From contig JASTWF010000121.1 in the NCBI GenBank assembly GCA_030390025.1, forward strand, positions 806,001 through 870,000: a stretch of DNA of 64,000 nucleotides, read 5' to 3'. Positions 52,896 to 62,421 of the stretch are shown piece by piece. A program made the translations under genes and the position numbers. Position 1 is the first letter of the stretch. Every line of letters begins with the position of its first letter. The stretch is from Squalus acanthias (lineage: Eukaryota). A model generated the notes under the pieces. That model was not told the DNA's origin. It did no database searches and worked only from the letters and a program-made list of their open reading frames with translations.

Positions 52896-54826
52896 CTCTT
52901 GCTGATGTTGAGTTCCACTTTTTCTGGGCTCTCAGTTTGCAAACTGGGCTGTTAAGCATCAGGTGATCTTATAACATTTCAAATTTTATAAATTGTTAAA
53001 CTTAGCATGCTGGAGCGGGAAAGTGGTGTTGAGGCCAAGATTGGATCAGCCATGATCTTATTGAATGGAGGAGCAGACTCGAGGGGCCGATTGGCCGACT
53101 CCTGCTCCTGTTTCTTATGTTCTTATGTTCTTATGTAAAGTCTATGATAGAGTAGTGTGTACATGGACTGAATAAGGAGAATAAATGGGTCGGGTAAAAA
53201 GTCTATGATAGGGAAGAATGTACATGGTCAGTGGGAGGAGATTAGGTCGATGGATAGAGTCCATGAGAGATTATATACAGGCTCGCAAGGAGTTAAAATT
53301 TGTGGGTGGTCCATGATAGGGTGTAGAAGGAGTGGACTTGATGAAATGAATGTCCTTAAGTTGTTCAATTCTTTATCATTTAAGAACATAAGAACATAAG
53401 AAATAGGAGCAGGAGTCGGCCATTTGGCCCTTTGAGCCTGCTCTGCCAGACAATAAGATCATGGCTGATCTTCTACCTCAACTCCACCTTCCCGCACTAT
53501 CCCCATATACCTTAATTCCCTTAGTTCCCAAAAATTTATCGAACTCTGTCTTGAATATACTCAACGACTGATCATCAACAGCTCTCTGGGGTAGAGAAAT
53601 CCAAAGATTCACAACCCTTTGAGTGAAGAAACTTCTCCTCATCTCAGTCCTAAATGACTGACCCCTTATTCTAAGGCTGTGACCCCGTGTTCTAGATTCC
53701 CCAGCCAGGAGAAACATTTCCCCAGCATTAAACCTGTCAAGCCCCTTAAGAATTTTATATGTTTCAATTAGATCACCTCTTATTCTTCTAATCTCTAGGG
53801 ACTATAGGCCTAGTCTACTCAATCTCTCCTCATAGGACAATCCCCTCATCACAGGAACCAATCTAGTGAACCTTCTTTGCAGTCCCTCTAAGGCAAGTAT
53901 GTCTTTCCTTATGTAAGGAGACCAGAACTGTACACAGTACTCCAGGTGTGGCCTCACCAATGCCCTGTATAATTGTAGTAAGACTTCTTTACCCTTATAA
54001 TCTAATCCCTTTGAAACAAAAGCTAACATACTATTTGCTTTCCTAATTGCTTGCTGTACCTGCATGTTCATTTTCTGTGATTCATGTGCAAGGACACCCA
54101 GGTCCCTGTGACTGCAAACATTTCCCAGTCTCTCACCATTCAAAAAATATTCTGTTTTTTTTTCCTACCAAAGTGGATAACTTCACACTTCCCCACATTG
54201 TATTCTATTTGCCATGTTCTTGCTCACTCAGCCAACCTGTCTATATCTCTCTGCAATCTCTTGGCGTCCTCCTCACAGCTTACTTTCCCACCTAACTTTG
54301 TATCATCAGCAAACTTGGATACGTTACACTCAGTCCCTTCATCTAAGTCATTAATCTAGATTGTAAATAGCTGAGGCCCAAGTATCAATCCTTGCTAGTT
54401 ACAGCCTGCCAACCCGAAAAAATCAATTTTTTTTCTACTCTCTGTTTTCTGTCCAATAACCAATCCTCAATCCATGCTAATATATTACCCCCAATCCCAT
54501 GAGTCCTAATTTGGTGTAATAACCTCTTGTGTGGCACCTTAGTGAATACTTATTGAAAATCCAAATACACTACATCCACTGGTTCCCCCTTAGCCATCCT
54601 ACTAGTTACATCTTCAAAAAACTCTAACAGATTTGTCAAACGTGATTTCCCTTTCATAAAACCATATTAACTCTGCCTAATGATATTACGATTTTTGAAG
54701 TGCCCTGTTACCACGCCCCTAATAATAAACACTAGCATTTTGCCGACTACTGATATCAGGCTAACTTGCCTATACTTCCCCGTTTCTTCTCTTCCTCCTT
54801 TCTTAATTAGCGGGGTTGTGTTTGCT

Positions 54827-55563
54827 GGCCCAGAAATTCGCCTCTCCGACTTACCGCGGGGGTAAGGATCGCGCGCGCTCTTACCTACCGTGCCTGCCAT
54901 TGTGTTTTGGGCCCACGGGAACTTCAGCTCCTGGGCCTGCTCCAAGAGCTGGCGCGCAGTGCTTCCGTGTCCCAGGGGCGCAGTTAGTGCGATGCGACCC
55001 CTGGGATCACGTGGGCCATGGAGAGCCAATGGCAGCAGGCCATCTTTCATTCATAGATTTGACAGGAGACCTGTCAAATCTGTGAATTGAAATCGGCCCC
55101 AAAAGAACAGCTAAACCTCAAATAAATTTAAAATAAAAACCATCACATTTATAAAATAACTATAGTTAAATAAATTAACCACTTTAAACAAAAATTTAAA
55201 TTTTTGAAAACTTAAAATACTTTTTAAAAGTGATAAAAATAAATTTACCTTTCTTTAAATATCTAAAAAGATAAACCTGTTGAAATTTTTTTTAATTATA
55301 CTTAATTAACCACTTACCTTGTTGAAAACGGCTCCTACGCCTTCTTTTTAATAGCGTAGTTTATTCAATACTTACCCTCGCGTAGAAACTTGAAAAAAAT
55401 ATCTAAGTTTGCTGCGTGCGCGCAGCCTCTACCGCCCCCTTCACCATACCGGAAGTTCCGGTTTCCCGCGCATGCGCAGTGCATGCAGGAAACGGGCACT
55501 TCGGGATGCATTACGGGTGAGTAGAGAGCGCGTACACACCCGGGAAGGCCCAAATCTTTGGCC
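54827..55563. mobile_element. Harbinger-like MITE, family B, inserted in CR1
   Basis: GGCC termini and TGCT duplicated on the flanks. Shares CTGGGATCACGTGGGCCATGG, the TTGACAGG..CCTGTCAA palindrome and the AT core with 18015-18767. Confidence 0.8.
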
Positions 55564-55825
55564 TGCTGCCTTCAAATCTTTGGGGACTGTTCCAGAATCT
55601 AGGGAATTCTGGAAGATTAATGGAAGTGCATCCACTATCTCTGCAGCTACATCTTTTAAATCCCTAGGATGCAGGTCGTCAGGTCCAGGGGATTTGTCGC
55701 CACTTAGTCCCATTAATTTCTTCACTTATACTGATTTCTTTAAGTTTCTCATTCTCTCTAGATCCTTGGTTCCCCATTATTTCCAGAATGTTTTTTGTGT
55801 CTTCAACCGTGAAGACAGATACAGA

Positions 55826-56666
55826 GGGCTGGATTTTGATACTGGGGACGTGATGGAGGCGGGAATCCCATTTTTTGGGTTGTAGACCCGCCTCCATCAA
55901 CTTGTGGCCAACCCACTGTATTTTCCCTTGATTGACCTTGTTGAGCCCGCCCAGTGAGCTCAGCAGGCCAATTAAGGGCCACCCGGCAACAGGTGACATC
56001 ACAGATTGACATTTCATCTGTCAAGAGCTTTTGCCAGATGAAATATCAACGTTTGAGAGCTCTGTGAAGCTATCAAACACTGACAATTTGTCTTCTAACT
56101 TGAGTCCTTCCTCTCAGGCTGAGTTAGAATCATTCCAGCACAGAAAACAGGCTGCAGTTTTTGACAGCACCACGGCCTTTCTGCTTTCTGTGCCGGTGAG
56201 ATTTCTGACTCCCGAGAACTGAAGGGCTGACACCTGCAGGAGGAAGTTAAGGTAAGTAAAAGTTTTTCCCACACTTTACACTTACCTTGCACACTTACCT
56301 CTGCACACATGCACCAATCACTCACCTGCCCACCGGACATATCGACCCCTCCAACCCCTGCAGACCCACGGTCCGCCTCGCTAACTTGGCGTGGTTGGCA
56401 CCTGTTGGGAAGCCCACATTTCAGCCTTCAAAATAGGGATTAGGCAAAAAACTGCCTGTTAACTACCTGTTAACAGGCAGTTAATTGTCACTAATCCCCT
56501 TCCCGCCTCGGGGAGGCAGGTCCCAGCACATGTCGGGTACCCGCCGCCAGCGTAACTGGCATGGAGGCGGGTTGGGGGCAGGATGGGGTCGGGACCCCCG
56601 AATCTGTAACTTTAACCCCCCACATGCCTCCAAACCCGACTCCATGGGTCAATGAAAATCCAGCCC
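55826..56666. mobile_element. Harbinger-like MITE, family C, inserted in CR1
   Basis: TIRs GGGCTGGATTTT / AAAATCCAGCCC, AGA/AAA flanks. Removing it restores the CR1 sequence GATACAAAGTATTTG. Confidence 0.8.
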
Positions 56667-58224
56667 AAAGTATTTGTTTAATGTCTCTGCCATTTCCTTA
56701 TTGCCCATTATAATTTCCCCTGTCTCTGCCTCTAATGGGCCCACATTTACTTTCACTAATCTCGTCCTATTTACATACCTATAGAAACATTTACAATCTG
56801 TTTTTATGTCTCTTGCTAATTTACTCACATATTCTTTTTTCTCTTTCCTTATCAATTTCTTTTTCCTCCTTTGCTGAATTATAAAATCCTCCCAATCCTC
56901 AGGCTAACTGCTCTTTTTGGCAACATTATAAGCCTTTTCCTTTGATCTAATACTATCTTTAACTTCTCTTGTCAGCCACGGTTGGACCACTTTTCCTGTG
57001 GAGCTTCTGTGCCTTAAAAGAATCTATATTTGTTCTAAATGATGTATTAATTCTTTAAATGCTAGCCATTGCCTGTTTACTGTCATACCTTTTAATTTAG
57101 GTTTCCCAATCTACCTTCACCAACTAGCCCCTCATACATACATAGTTTGCTTTGTTTAGATTTAAGATCCTAGGTTCTGATTAATTTATAAATCACTTTC
57201 AAACTCAATATAAAATTCTATCATATTATGGTCACTCTTCCCTAAAGACCCCTTTACTGCAAGGTTATTAATTAACCCTTTCTCATTGCACAATATTAGA
57301 TCTAAAATAGCCTCTTCCCTAGCTGGTTCCTCAACATACTGATCTAGAAAACTATCTTACATACATTCCATGAACTCGTCCTCCACATTATTACTGCAAA
57401 TTTGGTTTGCCCAGTCTAGATGTAGATTAAAGCCCCCCTTGATTACTGTATTACCCTTGTTACATGCACATCTAATTTCCTGATTCATACGCTGCTCTAC
57501 ATTACAACAACTCTTTGGGGGCCGATAAACAACTCCCACCAATGTTTTTTGCTCCTTGCTGTTTCTAAGCTCCACCCAAACTGATTCAACTTCTTGATTT
57601 TCCGAGCCAAGATCCTTTCTCTCTATTGTCTTTATCGCATCCTTTAGGATCAGGGCTACCCCTCCTCCTTTTCCATTTTGCCTATCTCTTCTAAAAGTTA
57701 AGTTTCTTGGAATATTTAGTTTCCAACCTTGGCCACTTTGCAACCAATTCTCCATAATGGCTATTAGATCACACCTGTTCATTTCTATCTGCGCCATTAA
57801 TTTTGTTGCGAATGCTTCGAACATTCAGATATAGTGCCTTTAGCTTTGACGTATTTTCTCTGGTTATCAATTGTATTCGACTCTTTTCAGACACATTTTG
57901 TCTGAGTAATTATTACCAATCAAGGAAAATTCTTAAAAAAAAATATTATTAATCTCGTTCAACACGATATTTTATCCCAAGTGTGGTTAAAATACTATTC
58001 CTGCAGAGCTGATCTCATAGTAAAGAGGTCATGGTTCAGAGCATTAGAAAATGATTCCATTTTTTAAGATAAAATATTAATAAACCAACTCTGCTGATTT
58101 AGTATTAGAATCTGTTCTTTCTTTGAAGCACATAATTTAAGTTGCCTGAACTTTCCATTTAAAGAATGAGGACTATTTGAAGCCTTCAGATTGGTTCTTA
58201 CCTCACTGATATTTTCCCGCAAAG

Positions 58225-58520
58225 TTGCAAATGCTCCAGTCCTTCTCCAGTCTCCGAGCCTGTACCGTGTCACAGAGGGTCACTCGGCGCGGTTACAGTG
58301 CACCATGCGGAACGCCAGAGTGAGAGACACCGATGTCCACTGGTACCGCCGGCAACAACCAGGGCAAGATATGGAGCGGGTTTTAACACATGAGGCAAGT
58401 GGCAGCACACGAGGGAGCCCAGGTTCCACTGACCGTCTCCAGCCTTCCAGAGACACCTCCAATAACAGCTTCATTCTGACAATCACAAACATGCAGAAAA
58501 GATCCCACAGCATTTTCTAA
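58225..58520 (+). pseudogene. Truncated duplicate of V exon 3 (pseudo-exon V3)
   Basis: Intact acceptor. 58225-58496 matches 47087-47358 with 8 substitutions in 272 nt, then runs into SINE sequence and a TAA at 58518-58520. The F-strand Cys, J motif and donor are absent. Confidence 0.88.
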
Positions 58521-58615
58521 AAGAGAAGGGGGGTCTACCCAGTGTCTTGGCCAACATTTATCACTCAACCGACACTATCCAAAAACAGATTATTTGGTTA
58601 TTTATCTCATTGCTG
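58497..58615 (+). mobile_element. Internal fragment of the Deu-like SINE fused to V3
   Basis: Matches the reverse complement of ~32470-32590 (AAAAGATCCCAC..GAGAAGGGG..AACAGATTAT..TATCTCATTGCTG). Confidence 0.75.
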
Positions 58616-60065
58616 ATTAGGCAGAGTCAACAAGTTTTTATGAAAGGGAAATCGTGTTTGACAAATTTATTAGAGCTTTTTGAGGATGGAACTAGCAGGG
58701 TAGATAAAGGGGAACCAGTGGATGTATTATATTTGGATTTCCAAAGGGCATTCGATAAGATGCCACATAAAAGGTTATTACACAAGATTAGGGCTCATGG
58801 GGTTGGGGGTAATATTGTAGCATGGTTAGAGGATTGGTTAACGGACAGAAAACAGAGAGTAGGGATAAATGGATCTTTTTAAGGTTGGCAGGCTATAACT
58901 AGTGGGATGCCACATGGATCAGTTTTTGGGCCTCAGCTATTTACAATCTGTATTAATGACCTTGATGAAGGGACCGAGTGTAATGTATCCAAGTTTGCTG
59001 ATGATACAAAGCTAGGTGGGACAGTACGCTGTGAGGAGAATGCAAAGAGTCTGACTAATCAGTGGGCAATAAGGTGGCAGATAGAGTATAATGTAGGGAA
59101 ATGTGAGATTATTCACTTTGGTGGGAAGAATAGAAAAACAGAATATTTTTTAAATGGTGAGAAACTTTCAAATGTTGGTGTTCAGAGAGATTTGGGTGTC
59201 CTGGTGCAAGAAATACAGAAAGCTAGCATGCAGGTACAGCAAGCAATAAGGAAGGCAAATGACATGTTGGCCTTTATTGCAAGGGGTTTGGAGTATAAGA
59301 GTAAGGAAGTCTTGCTACAATTGGTGAGACCACACCTGGAATACTGTGCACAGTTTTGGTCTCCTTATCTAAGGAAGGATATACTTGCCTTGGAGGCGGT
59401 GCAACGAAGGTTCACAAGATTGATTCATGGGATGAGAGGGCTGTCCTATGATAAGAGATTGTGTAGAATGGGCCTGTACTCTCTGGAGTTTAGAAGAATG
59501 AGAGGTGATCTCATTGAAACATACAAGATTCTGAAGGGGATTGACAGGGTAAATGCTGAGAGGTTGTTTCCCCTGGCCGGAGTGTCTAGAACTAGGGGGC
59601 ATAGTCTCAGGATAAGTGGAAGGCCATTTAAGACTGAGATGAGGAGGAATTTCTTCCCTCAGGGGGTTGTGAATCTTTGACATTCTCTGCCCCAGAGGGC
59701 TGTGAATGCTGAGTCTTTGAGTATATTCAAGGCTGAGACAGATAGATTTTTGGACTCTAGGGGAATCAAGGGATATGGAGATCGGGCGGGAAAGTGGAGT
59801 TGAGGTCGATGATCAGCCATGATCTTATTGAATGGCAGAGCAGGCTCGAGAGGCCGTATGTCCTACTCCTGCTCTTATTTCTTAAGTTCTTATATTTTTA
59901 TGCATTTAAGGGGAGGCTAGACATGCATATGAGGGAGAAGGGAATAGAGGATTATGCTGAAGATTTAGATGAGGAAAGACGGGAGGAGGCTCGAGTGGAA
60001 CATAAACGCCGTCATGTACTGGTTGGGCCGAATAGCCTGTTTCTGTGCCATATATCCTATGTCAT
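58616..60065 (+). mobile_element. CR1 RT 3' portion plus a second CR1 tail
   Basis: ORFs 58547-58882 and 58907-59680 (KGKSCLTNL, KFADDTK). Confidence 0.9.
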
Positions 60066-60309
60066 CCATAGCAAGTAGTCAGTGTGTGATGATGGGACAG
60101 ACTGACAGCCACATTATAGATAAATCAAACTGCTCCATGTTTAAACTAACATTATCCCCCCAGGTTTCCATCATGTTGGGTGCCCTGCTCAATCTGAATT
60201 CCACCCTGATTTGATTTTCCCATTGGTGCCATTTAACATTTCACTGTCTGAAGAGAATCTGATGTCTTTCCCTGGTCTTCTGCCTTAAACATGTCATTTC
60301 CTTTCACAG

Positions 60310-60444
60310 TTTCTGAAACACAAATGGATCGAGTCGTGAAGACGACCCTTGTCTGGATCATTCTGGGTGCTGTGCTGGGAGTCACTGTTGTTACTGGAGG
60401 CATTTTACTCATCAGACACACACTTTGTGGACAAAAACAATCCC
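60310..60444 (+). CDS. Transmembrane exon: SETQMDRVVKTTLVWIILGAVLGVTVVTGGILLIRHTLCGQKQS
   Basis: Acceptor tttcctttcacAG, phase 1, ~23-aa uncharged hydrophobic stretch with GxxxG followed by RH, donor C|GTATGT. Confidence 0.85.
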
Positions 60445-60622
60445 GTATGTGACTAAATAATTCAGTTTGACTTGATTGCTGTGTATAGTTAATAAAAAAT
60501 AAAAGGCCAGAACTAATCGTTAAAGAACCTGTTTTGATAATATATAAAATGTTATTGAGCAGCAAAGTATGATTAATATCATTGCAGTTAATGTTGGTGA
60601 GATTTTATCATTTATTTCCCAG

Positions 60623-60696
60623 CACCATCGGGAACAGCTGATGATCAGAACGCAACTGCTGATTATGAAAATGTTTTTTCTGCAGGAGACACACAG
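60623..60696 (+). CDS. Cytoplasmic exon: (P)PSGTADDQNATADYENVFSAGDTQ
   Basis: Acceptor tttatttcccAG, phase 1 in and phase 0 out, donor CAG|GTGAGT, tyrosine motif DYENV. Confidence 0.8.
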
Positions 60697-62106
60697 GTGA
60701 GTTCAGTTGGTTTTCGAGGATGTTGCTTTCTGTAATGAGAAGGATCTGTGTGATGGGACAGATCTGATGATGTGTTTGTGTTTTCTTTCTACACCACTTC
60801 GTCCAGTAATTTCTGCACTTATTTTCCCTCGTGGCACTGTAGACCATCTGAAAATTGGCAGTTAAGATGATTGTCCTTGCTCTGTACAGAATATACTTTG
60901 CTGCATCTGTTCCTGGACTCTGAGACACTTATCGCACTCCGGCAGATGATGAGATGTGTGGCCATAGACTCCCAAGTTTGAATGAGTGATAGCTTAGTGG
61001 GCAGTAGCTTGTCATACCTTTAATCAGCAAATGTGCTGAATTCCCATCACCGAACCCTAACTCTACAATCTCCCCCAGCTCTACAATCCTCCACCTCATT
61101 ACTCCATTCTCCTGGCTCTGGTCTGTGGTGCACCTCCTTCCCATTGCCCCACCATTGGTAATAACTCTTTCTGCCGCATGGGCCCGACTCTTTGGAATTC
61201 CCTTCAATCTTCTCTGTCTTCCCCCTTCCACAGCCATACACTCCATCCCATCTTTCAGTGCCAGGCACTCACTCCTGCTTCACTGCCATGCATTCGGCCA
61301 TCCTTCCCCCACCACCATCCATTCCTGCTACTGTCCTTCCCACTACCATCCACTCCCCACCTCCCTCCACTGATATCCATTTCCCTCCTCAACCTCCTGC
61401 TTCTATCCATTGTCCTCCTCCCTCTAACTGCCACCCATTATCTTTCTCTCACTTCCACTTTCCTTCATTCTCTCTTCTCTCCTTGACATCCATTTTCCTC
61501 CCTTCTCTCGCTATCCATTTTGTTCCCCTCGCCATTTGGACCCCCTCCCCCGCTTCCACCCACTTCTACCTGTGTTTGGAGTGAATGCACTGGACAGATC
61601 CTCGTGGCACTAATGGCCCGCATCGCTGCCTTTCATCAGAATGTGAGTTCCTGCCGACACTGAGGCAGATATCCTGGCCATGAGCACTGGGAGCGTACTG
61701 AGAGGAGAGAGAGGCCTGCACTTGGGAGGAGCGGGACTGGGAGGCACTGTGGGGCCCGACAGCGTCGACATTTTTTACTAACACACTGACTGGGAACCCA
61801 AAACGCTGTCTGCCAGTGCGAGTCACTGATGGTTGGTAACTATGAGTATGTATTGAGTATTTGTTCACCCGAATAATGAAGTGATTTGCCAAGTTTTCTG
61901 GACCAGTCTTTCACATCCACAGCTCTGACACATTTCCAATCTCTTTCTCCACTTGTCCTATCGTGGCCTGAGTTGTGAAGCTCAAAGACTGGGAAAGGCA
62001 ATCTGCTCTCAGACTGTGCTTTGCTCCCTCTGTGACTGTTTTTATGCAGGCCCCAGAACTCTCTTTTTTTCATCAGCCTGTTTCTTTTTGCCATGTTCTC
62101 AGTGGC

Positions 62107-62321
62107 TGTCATAAATCGCAAGTAACAACTCAGGAAGTACTACTGGGCGGCCAGCTGGGGCGCCGTCCAGGGAGTATAAATACTCAGGCATGGGCCCACC
62201 TTGGGCAGAGACAATCTGGAAACAGGAAGCTAGTGACTGCTAACTAGACCTCCATGTTTTGTTACAAGTTGATTAAAGCCTTGCTTTATGTTCAAGTGCG
62301 TAGTGAGTCTTTATTACGTCA
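62107..62321 (+). mobile_element. 5' LTR of a Ty3/Gypsy retrotransposon
   Basis: TG...CA ends (TGTCATAA / TTACGTCA), TATAAAT at 62175 and ATTAAA at 62272, ~100 nt upstream of gag. Left boundary is inferred. Confidence 0.6.
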
Positions 62322-62421
62322 ATTTAATCAACTTGATATCGTCTCCACGCTTTGGGTGATTCGGAACAACCAGCTGCAACTCGAACCACAGAAGGGAACT
62401 AGGGCAAGAAACTGATCCATC

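Larger units (their letters stand above)
53384..57845 (-). mobile_element. CR1 ORF2, degenerate, hosting two MITEs
   Basis: (CATAAGAA)n tail and minus-strand RT and APE ORF fragments. Confidence 0.9.
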
